From an uncultured Magnetococcales bacterium (GTDB taxonomy: Bacteria > Pseudomonadota > Alphaproteobacteria > UBA2136 > JAPKEQ01): a stretch of DNA of 64,000 nucleotides. Positions 38,177 through 48,982 of the stretch are shown in pieces. Position 1 is the stretch's first letter; each line of letters starts with the position of its first letter. A program made the position numbers and the translations under genes. The stretch covers positions 943 through 64,942 of the forward strand of contig CAXHDG010000012.1 in assembly GCA_964015495.1 (NCBI GenBank). The letters are read 5' to 3'. The notes beneath the pieces are model-generated. The model was not told where the DNA came from, ran no database searches, and saw only the letters and a list, made by a program, of their open reading frames with translations.

Positions 38177-39539
38177 GTTTTTCTTTTGCTTTATTTTGAA
38201 TCGCAGTTTTTAAATTTTTCACAACTTCTGTTGTGTAGGTAATGACCTTAGACCCCTTAATAACAATGATGTCCCCATCATGCAAGAGCGAAGAAATTTC
38301 ATCGTAGGGTAAGTCATTTCCTGAAACATAAAACCCTTTTTTCACATCAGGCCTTAAAGCATCGTATAAAATTTGAGCCGCCTCACCCACAACATAAACA
38401 CCATCAAACTTATTTACTGTTTCAGCAAGAGCTTTATGAAGTTCATCACTACGCGTACCAAGCTCTCCCATCTGGCCAACAATTGCAAAAGCATGACCAG
38501 AAGCAGGTTTCATAGATAGCGCACGATCCAGGGCCGCTTTCATTGATAAAGGATTGGCATTATAACTATCATCAATCACAGTTACACCGTCTACAATTTC
38601 AACATTTCCACGCCCCTCAACTGGTGTGTAATTTTCTAGTGTTGCAAGCGCTTTTTCCATAGGCGCCCCAAGGTACTTGACGCACAAAAGCGTTAGCAGT
38701 GCATTTTGCATAAAGGCTGGTGAAACATCCTGCACAGAGAGTGTAAAGAGTTCATTCATGATACTTACAGCGAGCGTATAACCGTGGCCGCCCTTCTTAA
38801 CAGATATAACACAAGCATCAACACCAGCAGTATCTTCATCAGCAATGGTAAGAACCTTCACAGCATCCGGAACATAAGCTTTATAAGCTTTATAACACTC
38901 AGCTGTTGTAATAAGCACGCCCCCAGGCTCAAGCCCATGAAGAATTGAGAACTTCTCTACAGCAATATCTTCTAGCGTATTGAAAGCTTCTATATGAGCT
39001 GGCGCAACAGATGTAATAATCGCAATACTTGGCTTTACAAGCTCTGCTAGCGGTAAAATTTCACCAGGATGGTTCATGCCAAGCTCAAACACACCAAAAG
39101 ATTTTCCTTTTGGCGTATTACTTAGCGTGAGCGGCACACCAATATGGTTATTAAAACTTTTAACAGAAGAATAAGCCCCTAAAGCGTCTGCTAGCATATT
39201 TTTACATGTTGTTTTACCAACGCTTCCTGTTACAGCGATGCGCTGCAAATATGCCCAATCTCTACGCGCCTCCGCAAGGTCGTTCAGAGCCTGATCTGTA
39301 GAGCTAACCACAAGAACTTGTGGATCATCATAACCATAAGATTTTTCAGATATCACATAAGAAACACCCGCATCTAAAGCAGCCTCTATATAATCATGAC
39401 CATCTTTTTCACGCTTGAGCGCAAGATAAATATCGCCCTCTTTCAGGGTGCGGCTATCAATAGAAATATGCCCAAGGTTTGCATCTTTGCCAATAGCATC
39501 ATGGCCAAGCGCACGCTTTAGCTCTCTTAATGTCCACAT
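38166..39539 (-). CDS. murF: MurF ligase
   Basis: IDSR, TGSVGKTT, NNHIGVP, ELGMNHPGEI, DDSYNANP. Start trimmed to MWTL. Confidence 0.96.
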   Translation of the reverse strand: MWTLRELKRALGHDAIGKDANLGHISIDSRTLKEGDIYLALKREKDGHDYIEAALDAGVSYVISEKSYGYDDPQVLVVSSTDQALNDLAEARRDWAYLQRIAVTGSVGKTTCKNMLADALGAYSSVKSFNNHIGVPLTLSNTPKGKSFGVFELGMNHPGEILPLAELVKPSIAIITSVAPAHIEAFNTLEDIAVEKFSILHGLEPGGVLITTAECYKAYKAYVPDAVKVLTIADEDTAGVDACVISVKKGGHGYTLAVSIMNELFTLSVQDVSPAFMQNALLTLLCVKYLGAPMEKALATLENYTPVEGRGNVEIVDGVTVIDDSYNANPLSMKAALDRALSMKPASGHAFAIVGQMGELGTRSDELHKALAETVNKFDGVYVVGEAAQILYDALRPDVKKGFYVSGNDLPYDEISSLLHDGDIIVIKGSKVITYTTEVVKNLKTAIQNKAKEKHAV

Positions 39540-40975
39540 TATAAAGCCTCCCCTAAAATATCTGCACAAATTTGAATATCATTCATTGGTAGAACTTTGT
39601 CGCCAACAATCTGACCAGTCTCATGCCCTTTACCAGCCACAAGAACCACATCTCCAAAATTTGCAGATGCTATTGCAGCACAAATAGCCTCTTCACGCCC
39701 TGCAACATTATATGCTTCTACATGGTGCTTATGCACTTCGGCGCGGATAAATTCAGGATTTTCATCACGCGGGTTATCGTCTGTAATATACGCAACATCA
39801 GCATATTTTTTGGCAGCAAGCGCCATACCTTCACGCTTAGATGTATCACGGTTTCCCCCGCAGCCAAACACAACATAAAGCTTACCCTTTACATGAGGCC
39901 TTAATGCTTGAAGTGCTTTTTCAAGGGCATCAGTACTGTGCGCATAATCCACCACAACTGTTGGTGCATTTTCACTTTGCGCAGGAATAACCTGCATGCG
40001 CCCTGGCACAGCTTGAATAGATGGCAACATTTTAATAAGTCTTTTCATATCTGCACCAAGAGCTATGACAATACCAAGCGCCGCTGCAATATTTTCAGCT
40101 TGGAAAGAACCAATAAGTGGAAGCTCTATCTCTTCCTGCACATCAGCATATTTAATCAAAACAACCTGACCTGCTTCCGTAAGAGAAACCTGCCTTACCA
40201 CAAGCTCTGCTGAATCTGGGCCGTACGTTAAAACTTTTCTGCCGCTGGCTTTAAGACCTGCAAGAAGCGGAAAAACTTCAGGCTTATTGACAGGAAGAAC
40301 GGCCACACCATCCTCTGTCAGCATTTCAACAAACAAGCGGAACTTTTCCACAGCGTAATGTTCCATATCCCCATGAAAATCAAGGTGCTCAGGCGTTAAG
40401 TTTGTAAACGCAGCCACCTTAAACTGAACACCAGAAAGGCGGCGCAATGCAAGCGCATGGGAAGAAGCCTCCAAACAAACACTTGAAACTTTTTCATCTC
40501 TTAAATCAGAAAGAATTTTCATAAGCTGGTTCGGCATGGGACTGGTATAGCCTGTTTCCACACCTTTTTGACCATTCGTAAACAAACCCATCGTACCAAG
40601 GCAGGCATTCTTTTTAGAAAGAATCCCCATAAGCTGCATTACAAACCAAGATACAGACGTTTTACCATTTGTGCCTGTAACAGCTGTAAGCATTTCTACA
40701 ATTTTAGGGAATTTTTTGGCGTAAAATTTTGCCATAAGTTCAAGTGGAAATGGATCTTGCACATCGCCAACGCCATCTATATTCGTCACTATAAGGCTTG
40801 CTTCTTTTGCTCTCGCATCAGATACAAATTTTTCAACATCCCCACCAATACCTTTATCAAACACAAACAAATCGCCAGGCCTAACAAGGCGAGAATCACT
40901 CACAACATCTGAAACCAAAACATCTTTACCGTTATAATCCGGCAACAGCTCTTTCAGCGTGACCTGCATATTCAT
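39539..40975 (-). CDS. murE: MurE ligase (meso-DAP type)
   Basis: TGTNGKTS, EASSHAL, HLDFH, DYAH, DNPR, AGKGHE. Start uncertain (40969-40984). Confidence 0.96.
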   Translation of the reverse strand: MNMQVTLKELLPDYNGKDVLVSDVVSDSRLVRPGDLFVFDKGIGGDVEKFVSDARAKEASLIVTNIDGVGDVQDPFPLELMAKFYAKKFPKIVEMLTAVTGTNGKTSVSWFVMQLMGILSKKNACLGTMGLFTNGQKGVETGYTSPMPNQLMKILSDLRDEKVSSVCLEASSHALALRRLSGVQFKVAAFTNLTPEHLDFHGDMEHYAVEKFRLFVEMLTEDGVAVLPVNKPEVFPLLAGLKASGRKVLTYGPDSAELVVRQVSLTEAGQVVLIKYADVQEEIELPLIGSFQAENIAAALGIVIALGADMKRLIKMLPSIQAVPGRMQVIPAQSENAPTVVVDYAHSTDALEKALQALRPHVKGKLYVVFGCGGNRDTSKREGMALAAKKYADVAYITDDNPRDENPEFIRAEVHKHHVEAYNVAGREEAICAAIASANFGDVVLVAGKGHETGQIVGDKVLPMNDIQICADILGEAL

Positions 40976-42593
40976 TCTTTCCATTCCTATCTAAAAGACG
41001 CCATTCATTTTCTAACTTAGGGCGCATTCCCAAAATAGGAACACTTCCTTTTACAAACTCTGCAAAAGCTGGCGCTGCAATACGTCCACCGCCACCAATT
41101 TTCTGACTTTCATCCACCATAATAAGCACAATGAGTTCAGGATCTTCAATAGGAATCGCACCAATGTATGAAGAAACTCGATGATCTTCATTATACCCAC
41201 CAGCCACACTTATCTCTGCTGTTCCTGTTTTACCACCAACATTAAAGCCAGCAACCTTAGAAAGCCGTGCCGTTCCTGTAATGGTTACCTCATTTAAAAG
41301 ACGCTTCATTTTTTCAGTTGTTTTGCCAGAAACAACCTGATAGGCAAACTCTTCTTCTGGCGCTCCTTTAAAGAATTTCGGCTGCTTTACTTCCCCATCT
41401 GTTACTACAGCTGAAAAGCCAGCAAGAAGTTGAAGCGGTGCAATGGCAATACCATGCCCAAAACTCATGGTCATTTTATGGATACGCCCCCACTTACGCT
41501 GCGGATAGAGCGGTGAGCTTGTCGCACCAAAGCCATAGTCCATCGGACTCAAGAAAGAAAGTTGCCCGTAAAAATCCTTAAATGCATCAACTTCAATAAG
41601 ATCACTAATACGTGAAGCGCCAATGTTAGAAGAATATTTTAACACCTCTCCTGGCGTCATAATCATCTTTTTTGCATGTGAATCTTTAATCGTAAAGCGT
41701 GAAATTTTAATAGGCTTACGTGCATCAATTTTACTCTCATCATCAATAACGCCAAGCTCATACCCTTGCGCAAGCGTGAACACTTTAAACGTAGAACCCA
41801 TCTCATACACGCCTTGTGCAAATCTATTTCTAAGTACATTTTCAGAAGCAGCGCTCAAAGCATTTGGGTCATAATCGGGCATACTAACCGCAGCCAGAAC
41901 TTCACGCGTTTTAGCATCTAGCGCCACACCCCAAGCCGCAAAAGTCCCTTCTTGCTGCATCACACCTTCAAGCGTTTTATGCAAACGACTTTGAAGACGA
42001 GAATCAATGGTAAGGGTCAAATCTTCCCCTTTAGAAAGTTTTTGGTTTTGGTAATATTCCAAACCAAATGCACCTTCGCCCGCATTGTTCACACCACCAA
42101 GCATGTGCGCATAAAGATTTTCATGCGGGTAAAAACGCACTTTCTCTTTCTTAAATCCAAGCCCTGGAATACCCAAATGATAAACAGATTTCACCTCTTT
42201 AGGAGTCAGCTTACGCTTCAGCCATACAAAGCGGCGCTTAGGGGATTTAATGCGCGATTCAATTTTTTCCCATTTCAAATCAGGAAACAAGAGCTTCAAA
42301 GAAGCAATCGCATCATCATGGTCCATCATCATTTTAGGATCAGCGTACAAGGAAAGCACATCAAGGCTTAAGGCAAGCTCAACGCCATTGCGATCATAAA
42401 TTATACCGCGCTCAACAAACGTATTTTGCGCATAACCAGAAACAGCTTTAGGCTCTCTGGATTGGTCCAAGCCAAGCTCTAAAATTTTAAAAGACAGGCT
42501 ACAAAAACAAAAAACAAGTACAGCTTTAAAAACGAAAAACCTCACCTGTGCATCGGTGAGTTTCCCCTGTTTTTTAGTACGTTTTTTTGCCAT
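40932..42593 (-). CDS. ftsI: Penicillin-binding protein 3
   Basis: RGIIYDRNG, STFK, SSN and KTGT transpeptidase motifs. Confidence 0.95.
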   Translation of the reverse strand: MAKKRTKKQGKLTDAQVRFFVFKAVLVFCFCSLSFKILELGLDQSREPKAVSGYAQNTFVERGIIYDRNGVELALSLDVLSLYADPKMMMDHDDAIASLKLLFPDLKWEKIESRIKSPKRRFVWLKRKLTPKEVKSVYHLGIPGLGFKKEKVRFYPHENLYAHMLGGVNNAGEGAFGLEYYQNQKLSKGEDLTLTIDSRLQSRLHKTLEGVMQQEGTFAAWGVALDAKTREVLAAVSMPDYDPNALSAASENVLRNRFAQGVYEMGSTFKVFTLAQGYELGVIDDESKIDARKPIKISRFTIKDSHAKKMIMTPGEVLKYSSNIGASRISDLIEVDAFKDFYGQLSFLSPMDYGFGATSSPLYPQRKWGRIHKMTMSFGHGIAIAPLQLLAGFSAVVTDGEVKQPKFFKGAPEEEFAYQVVSGKTTEKMKRLLNEVTITGTARLSKVAGFNVGGKTGTAEISVAGGYNEDHRVSSYIGAIPIEDPELIVLIMVDESQKIGGGGRIAAPAFAEFVKGSVPILGMRPKLENEWRLLDRNGKNEYAGHAERAVAGL

Positions 42594-42595
42594 TT

Positions 42596-42877
42596 TTAGA
42601 ACTGTTCACTTCCCTCAAATGAAATGCGCTTCACCTGCCCCATGTCCATTGGAACCATACCAATTTGGCGCGCAACCTTTTCCAAGCGTTCAGGACGAGA
42701 AACATGATAGTACTCAGCTTTCAGCACGCGAAGCTCATCCTTAAGTGCACGCTCATTTGCAACAAGCCTTTCGCGCTTATCTTTCATAACTTGCACATCC
42801 GTTTTAATATGCACCATTGCTACAAATGAAAGCCCAGTAAATAGAATAATACAAACATCCATCACTCTAATGTTCAT
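42596..42877 (-). CDS. ftsL: Cell division protein FtsL
   Basis: TM plus coiled coil, VLKAEY..SRPERLE..A; lies between rsmH and ftsI. Confidence 0.88.
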   Translation of the reverse strand: MNIRVMDVCIILFTGLSFVAMVHIKTDVQVMKDKRERLVANERALKDELRVLKAEYYHVSRPERLEKVARQIGMVPMDMGQVKRISFEGSEQF

Positions 42878-43788
42878 GAGACCCTTTCCAAAACGCGCAT
42901 CTGCGCACTTCTTGCTCTACGGTTATTTTTAACTTCTTCTTCTGAAACTTTAATACTCTTGCGCACTGGCAAAACAAAAACTTTATCCTGCAAAGAAGCA
43001 TGAGCCTCTGGCCACACCTCTGATACGGCAGCAGGCTTGGTTTTAAAACGGTGCATAAACTGCTTCACAATACGGTCTTCCAGTGAGTGAAACGTGACAA
43101 CTATAAGCTTGCCGTTCTCATTCAAGTGGTGCATCGATTTTTCAAGCAAAACCTCTAGATCCTCAAGCTCCTGGTTCACAAACAAACGAAGCGCCATAAA
43201 TGTGCGCATTGCAGGATGTTTTGATTTTTTACCCTTAGGACGCCCCACCGCAGATTCAATAACCCTTACAAGGTCAGCTGTTGTTTTAATCGGAGACTCT
43301 GCACGCGCCTTCACAATCACCTTTGCAATACGGCGAGACAAACGCTCTTCCCCATACATATAAATAATATTAGCAAGACGCTCTTCTTCAAAATCAGCAA
43401 TCACATCCGCAGCAGAAAGGCCATCACCAGACATGCGCATATCAAGAGGCCCATCTTTCATAAAAGAAAAACCGCGTTCCGCTTGATCAATTTGAAAAGA
43501 AGAAATACCAAGGTCTGCTACAATTACATCAGCGCCCTCAGTGCCTAGCGCTTCATCAAGCTCTACAAAACTTCCATGATGAATACGAAACTTATCACCA
43601 TATTCAGATTCAAAAAATTTAGAACGCTCAATGGCTGCTGGGTCTTTATCGATAGCAACAACAGACGCCCCCTCATCCAAAAAGACTTTTGTATAACCAC
43701 CCCCACCAAAGGTACAATCCACAACGCACTTCCCTGCAAGCTCTCCAGCCGAATCTAAAACATTCGTTAGCATTACTGGATCATGCAT
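42874..43788 (-). CDS. rsmH: 16S rRNA m4C1402 methyltransferase
   Basis: HDPVM, DCTFGGGG, DLGISSFQ, LDMRM, FHSLEDR. Start trimmed. Confidence 0.97.
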   Translation of the reverse strand: MHDPVMLTNVLDSAGELAGKCVVDCTFGGGGYTKVFLDEGASVVAIDKDPAAIERSKFFESEYGDKFRIHHGSFVELDEALGTEGADVIVADLGISSFQIDQAERGFSFMKDGPLDMRMSGDGLSAADVIADFEEERLANIIYMYGEERLSRRIAKVIVKARAESPIKTTADLVRVIESAVGRPKGKKSKHPAMRTFMALRLFVNQELEDLEVLLEKSMHHLNENGKLIVVTFHSLEDRIVKQFMHRFKTKPAAVSEVWPEAHASLQDKVFVLPVRKSIKVSEEEVKNNRRARSAQMRVLERVS

Positions 43789-44243
43789 TAAATTGCCCAC
43801 CCTTCTGACAAGGTTTCAAGATCGTCATCGTAATGCTCTTCATCATTCGTCTGGCACTGTTCATACAGTTCAGGGTTCCAAAGCGTAAAGTACTCGCCTT
43901 GCCCTGCAAATAAAATTTTATCTTCAACCTTTGCAACCGTTAGAAGGTCAGATGGCAAAATCATGCGCCCATCTCCATCAAGGGTAATACTTTTAGAAGC
44001 TGCCAAAATTGTACGACTTAAACGCTGACGCTCTTTAGACATTGGAGGAAGACTATTAATACGCTTTGCAAAAGCAAGGAAATCATCATACCCCCACACA
44101 AAAAGGAAACCCTCTTTGCGAGATGGGAAGATCACGACAGACTGGCGAGACTGCGCCATCATTTCAGCACGGAAAGGAGCAGGTACACTTACCCGCCCCT
44201 TCTTATCAATATTATTGACATATGTAGACAGAAAAACCGTCAT
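43788..44243 (-). CDS. mraZ: Division/cell wall cluster regulator MraZ
   Basis: IDKKGRVSVPAPFR and LDGDGRMILP repeats. Confidence 0.95.
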   Translation of the reverse strand: MTVFLSTYVNNIDKKGRVSVPAPFRAEMMAQSRQSVVIFPSRKEGFLFVWGYDDFLAFAKRINSLPPMSKERQRLSRTILAASKSITLDGDGRMILPSDLLTVAKVEDKILFAGQGEYFTLWNPELYEQCQTNDEEHYDDDLETLSEGWAI

Positions 44244-44315
44244 GTCTATCCTTGCTTCTCTTTTTTGCATCAAGCCCTATAAAAATAGGCTCTTCCAATT
44301 TTTGTCCCGCACATT

Positions 44316-44371
44316 TGGTTCGCTCATGGTGATATTTGGGACACAATGGAATCTTATGGGATAATATGGGA
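44316..44371 (+). promoter_or_regulatory. Six TGG(G/T/A)N repeats at ~10 bp period (MraZ-box-like)
   Basis: TGGTT 44316, TGGTG 44327, TGGGA 44337, TGGAA 44347, TGGGA 44357, TGGGA 44367. Confidence 0.7.
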
Positions 44372-44420
44372 TAACGCAACACCAATTTGTACTTTTCTTA
44401 ATATTTCTGCCGTGTACGCC

Positions 44421-44441
44421 TGTGGATAACTCTGTGAATAA
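44421..44441. promoter_or_regulatory. Tandem DnaA boxes between mraZ and rnpB
   Basis: TGTGGATAA-CTC-TGTGAATAA. Confidence 0.7.
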
Positions 44442-44651
44442 CCATTCAAAACCCACGAAAAACGTCAAAATTCCCAGAGAATCCCATGACATAAATTCGC
44501 TTAATCCACTGTAAAAATATTTTATAACTGATAAATAAAGGCGCAACATTCCAAGGTTCACCAAGCCAAGCACCGCAAGATATAAAATATTTATAGCCAT
44601 AAGTAAGTCGAATTTTCTTGAGTTTTCTCTCAACTCATTTATGGTCGCCAA

Positions 44652-44991
<340 letters not shown>

Positions 44992-45002
44992 ATTTTTATA
45001 AC

Positions 45003-45485
45003 ATGAAATACATAAAAAAATTCTTTACGATATTTAAAGCAAAGCTTAAAAAGCTTCACAAACGTTTACCTAAAAACAAATTCTTACGTGCATTTATATA
45101 CATCGTTGCGGTATTGTTTATTTTGGCTTTCAGCCTTTATCTTTGGGCTTTCATGCTTACCAGCACACTTGCTCTCACGCTTTGGGGATTTTTATCTGCT
45201 CTTATTATGCCTATCATTGCATGGGTTATGAGCATTCTCAGCGCCCTCGGCATCACAAGCCTTATCACAGCTATTTATGGATTTTTTGCAGCCATTGTTA
45301 TATTTATTATAAACCTCATAACAGGGCTAATCGCATGGATAGGAAGCACATACATTGGCGCCTTTGTATTACAAATTCACGCCTGGCTTATGCCGTTTAT
45401 CTCTAAAGTTATGCCTTTTGTTTCAGCTGGAAAATTTTCAAAGAAAGCCATGAAGTTTATCAAAAAAGCGCACAAAACAGAGTAA
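45003..45485 (+). CDS. Hypothetical integral membrane protein
   Basis: Lys-rich termini around ~100 continuous hydrophobic residues; fills the gap exactly. Confidence 0.65.
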   Translation: MKYIKKFFTIFKAKLKKLHKRLPKNKFLRAFIYIVAVLFILAFSLYLWAFMLTSTLALTLWGFLSALIMPIIAWVMSILSALGITSLITAIYGFFAAIVIFIINLITGLIAWIGSTYIGAFVLQIHAWLMPFISKVMPFVSAGKFSKKAMKFIKKAHKTE

Positions 45486-46055
45486 TTAACTCCAGCGCAG
45501 CGCTGCCGCCTCAAGGATAATCTCATCCTCCCCCACATACCCAAAGGCACGCAAACTTTTCGGATTTAAAGGATCTATACTTCCGTCATTTTTAAAGGCG
45601 AGATTCTTTTTCTCCAAACGCCCCCAATCAAAGCCCCTTCCAGGGTCATCTTTACGCCTTGGCGCAATATCACTATGGGCAAGCACAGCCTCAGGAGACA
45701 GAGAATACCTATTTAGAAGACCCTTTAAAAGAAGCTCAAGCGTTTCATACTGGCACTCTAAAAATTTTTCATGCGGCAAAACAGAAATTTCAATACCGAT
45801 GGAATTTTTATTCAGGCTCACATCATTTCGCCATGCACTTACACCTGCATGCCATGCCACCTGGTCTTCTTCTACAAGCTGAATCAGGTGCCCCTGCTTA
45901 TCAATATAGTAATGACAACTTACCTTTGCCTCTTGGCAAGAAAGCCGTTCAAGCGCCTCCCTGTCGCTCCCCATCCATGTGCCATGCACAATAATATATT
46001 TTATGCCCTCACTTCGAGGTTCATGATTGGGTGATGGGTAAAAACGCTTTTTCAT
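45486..46055 (-). CDS. N-acetylmuramoyl-L-alanine amidase (Amidase_2, AmpD/AmiD-like)
   Basis: IIVHGT, SCHYYI, AWHAG, SIGIE, HSDIAP.RK.DPG; no signal peptide. Confidence 0.93.
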   Translation of the reverse strand: MKKRFYPSPNHEPRSEGIKYIIVHGTWMGSDREALERLSCQEAKVSCHYYIDKQGHLIQLVEEDQVAWHAGVSAWRNDVSLNKNSIGIEISVLPHEKFLECQYETLELLLKGLLNRYSLSPEAVLAHSDIAPRRKDDPGRGFDWGRLEKKNLAFKNDGSIDPLNPKSLRAFGYVGEDEIILEAAALRWS

Positions 46056-46169
46056 AACTTTAAGACCTCATACAGAAGCAATTAAGAGAACTGGATTTTT
46101 CACTTTCTGAATAGCGCAATGTAGTTTATCTACCTAAGCTTAAAGAAAGTGAAAAAGCCTTTATCTTAA

Positions 46170-47576
46170 TTACTTCTGAGGTTCTACCATTGTTTCGGGG
46201 CGCACAACACTATCAAACGTAGCCTCATCCACAAGACCCATAGAAATAGCAGCCGCCTTCAAAGTTGTGTTTTCAGCATGGGCTTTTTTCGCAACTTTTG
46301 CAGCGTTATCATAACCAATAACAGGGTTTAGTGCTGTTGCAAGCATAAGTGAATTCGTTAAGTTATGGTCAATTTTTTCACGGTTTGGCTGAATGCCAAC
46401 AATACAGTTATCTGTAAAGCTTTCCATGGCACCACTTAGGATATCTACGGACTCCAAAAAGTTATGAATCATAACAGGCTTAAAGGCGTTCAACTCAAAA
46501 TGACCATTTGAACCTGCAACTGTTACAGCCACATGATTCCCCATCACTTGCGCACAAACCATCGTCAATGCTTCTGACTGCGTTGGGTTAATTTTACCCG
46601 GCATAATAGAGCTTCCCGGCTCATTTGATGGCAGGCTAAGCTCTCCAATACCACAGCGCGGACCTGAAGCAAGCAGGCGAATATCATTTGCAACCTTCAT
46701 GCAAGATGCCGCCAGTGTATTAAGCACAGCACTTCCATTTACAATAGCATCATGCGAAGCTATGGCTTCAAATTTGTTTTTTGCAACAGTAAATTCATGC
46801 CCTGTCAAACGTGTCACTTCCTTAACCACACGCGAATCAAATTCTGGGTGTGTATTAATCCCCGTACCAACAGCTGTCCCACCAATCGCAAGCTCTTTAA
46901 GGTCTGGCAGAATCGCCTCTACGCGCTCCACCCCCTTAGAAAGCTGAGCCGCGTAACCACTAAACTCTTGGCCAAGCGTAAGTGGCGTTGCATCCTGAAG
47001 GTGCGTGCGGCCAATTTTAATAATATGACGGAAAGATTCAGATTTTTCATGAAGCGCTGTCTGCATTTTTTTAAGGGCAGGCAAAAGCTGCTCCTCCACC
47101 GCAAGAACGGCGCTAATGTGCATCGCTGTTGGAAATGTATCATTGGTAGATTGCCCCATATTCACATGATCATTTGGATGAATAGGATCCTTAGAGCCTA
47201 TAACCCCGCCCTCGTTCTCAATAGCGCGGTTGGCAATCACCTCGTTTACGTTCATGTTGGTTTGCGTACCAGAGCCTGTTTGCCAAACAACAAGAGGAAA
47301 CTGCCCATTCATTTTGCCCTCAACAACTTCTTTTGAGGCGCGGCAAATGGCGTCTGCCTTATCACGGTCCAATTTACCCAAATCTGCATTAACCGTAGCA
47401 CAAGCCTTTTTAAGGTATGCATAAGCGCGCACAAATTCTGGCGTAAATTTTTGCGTACCAATTTTAAAGTTATGCAACGAACGCTGCGTTTGAGCACCCC
47501 AATAGGCTTCAGACGGAACTTCAACCGTCCCCATTGTATCCTGTTCAGATCTATACTCTTGATTTTTATCGTTCAT
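46170..47576 (-). CDS. fumC: Fumarate hydratase class II
   Basis: [37 protein letters not shown]. Confidence 0.98.
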   Translation of the reverse strand: MNDKNQEYRSEQDTMGTVEVPSEAYWGAQTQRSLHNFKIGTQKFTPEFVRAYAYLKKACATVNADLGKLDRDKADAICRASKEVVEGKMNGQFPLVVWQTGSGTQTNMNVNEVIANRAIENEGGVIGSKDPIHPNDHVNMGQSTNDTFPTAMHISAVLAVEEQLLPALKKMQTALHEKSESFRHIIKIGRTHLQDATPLTLGQEFSGYAAQLSKGVERVEAILPDLKELAIGGTAVGTGINTHPEFDSRVVKEVTRLTGHEFTVAKNKFEAIASHDAIVNGSAVLNTLAASCMKVANDIRLLASGPRCGIGELSLPSNEPGSSIMPGKINPTQSEALTMVCAQVMGNHVAVTVAGSNGHFELNAFKPVMIHNFLESVDILSGAMESFTDNCIVGIQPNREKIDHNLTNSLMLATALNPVIGYDNAAKVAKKAHAENTTLKAAAISMGLVDEATFDSVVRPETMVEPQK

Positions 47577-47791
47577 TACATACACCGATTTTTGTTCTTT
47601 TTAAACTTGAAGCACCATCATAAACGGTTTTTTAGCACCTGTCACCAAGGAGGCTTCACACAACATCAAAATAGATTTAAGGCGCAAAGCGCCGTTTAGG
47701 GATGTATATTTAATAATGAGATAGATGTAGAATCACAAAAACTTATTTAAGGACGACTCACTTTTAAAAAAGTCGCCCTAATAAGACTATT

Positions 47792-48937
47792 TTAGCAACC
47801 CAGTTGGCGCGCAATGATAATGCGTTGCACTTCGCTGCTACCTTCGCCAATTTGCAAAATACGCTGATCGCGCCAGAAGCGTTCCACGTCATACTCCTGC
47901 ATAAGGCCGTAACCGCCATGTACTTGAATGGCCCAATCCGTCACACGACCTGCCACTTCAGTGCAATACAACTTGGCAATAGAGGCTTCTTTTGTAAATG
48001 GCACACCTGCATCTTTCATGCTTGCAGCCTGATACAGATAACTTCTCGCCACATCAATTTCCATTGCCATATCTGCAAGCTTAAATGAAATACCTTGAAA
48101 CTTACAAATAGACTTGCCAAACTGCTTACGTTCTTTTGAATATTCTACAGCCTTTTCAAATGCACCCTGCGCTGCGCCAAGACCCATAGCAGCAATGCCA
48201 AGGCGGCCCGCATCAAGAGCGGTTAGCATTTGAGAGCTCCCCTTACCAATCTCGCCAATAACTGCGTCGGCTTTTACACGTACATTATCAAGATAAACTT
48301 CTGCGGTATCTGACGCACGCCACATAAGTTTGCCATGCATTGTTTTAACACTGAGGCCCGGCGCATCTTTTTCAACCAGAAAACAAGTCAGCTCTGGCTT
48401 TCCGTCTTTTTCGCCTGTTTTAGCCTGAACCGTTAGCCCTCCAGCAAGAGGGTTACTTACATTTGTAATGAAAATTTTAGAACCGCTAATCACCCACTCA
48501 TCGCCATCTTTTTTGGCTGTGGTTTGCGTGCCTCGGCTATCGCTACCTGCATTTGCTTCCGTCAACCCAAAACCCCAAAGCATCTCACCGCTACACATTT
48601 TAGGAAGATATTTTTGTTTTTGTTCCTCTGTTCCAAATCCAAGAATAGGGCCAACGCCAATAGAGTTATGCGCCGTAACCGTAGCAGCCTGAGAGCCATC
48701 AACGCGCGCCAGCTCTTCCATGGCAATCACATAAGAAAGTGCATCCATACCTTGGCCGCCATACTCTGCCGGCACATACATGCCAAACAAGCCCATCTCG
48801 CCCATTTTCTGCGTAATGTCTACAGAGAATTTTTCCTCTCGATCAAGCTCCATTGCGTGAGGCGCAATTTCATCTTCCGCAAATTTACGAATGGCATCCC
48901 TTAGTATAATAAGGTCTTCAGACAATCCAAAGTTCAT
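47792..48937 (-). CDS. Acyl-CoA dehydrogenase
   Basis: FGLTEANAGSD, GSKIFITN, RKQFGK, IQVHGGYG, IGEGSSEVQR. Confidence 0.95.
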   Translation of the reverse strand: MNFGLSEDLIILRDAIRKFAEDEIAPHAMELDREEKFSVDITQKMGEMGLFGMYVPAEYGGQGMDALSYVIAMEELARVDGSQAATVTAHNSIGVGPILGFGTEEQKQKYLPKMCSGEMLWGFGLTEANAGSDSRGTQTTAKKDGDEWVISGSKIFITNVSNPLAGGLTVQAKTGEKDGKPELTCFLVEKDAPGLSVKTMHGKLMWRASDTAEVYLDNVRVKADAVIGEIGKGSSQMLTALDAGRLGIAAMGLGAAQGAFEKAVEYSKERKQFGKSICKFQGISFKLADMAMEIDVARSYLYQAASMKDAGVPFTKEASIAKLYCTEVAGRVTDWAIQVHGGYGLMQEYDVERFWRDQRILQIGEGSSEVQRIIIARQLGC

Positions 48938-48982
48938 GTGACTCTCTTCCTATTTTATTGTGTTCTTAAGCGCGCTTTTCTA

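Noticed and set aside
44316-44371. CRISPR array or other long repeat array
   Set aside because: Units are only 5 nt at 10-bp period; no repeat-spacer array or cas gene was seen in the window.
44501-44515. CtrA box upstream of mraZ (TTAA-N7-TAAA)
   Set aside because: One mismatch in very AT-rich DNA; not distinguishable from chance.
44277-44651. 124-aa minus-strand ORF between mraZ and rnpB
   Set aside because: It covers the MraZ boxes, DnaA boxes and rnpB promoter and has no protein motif; likely spurious.
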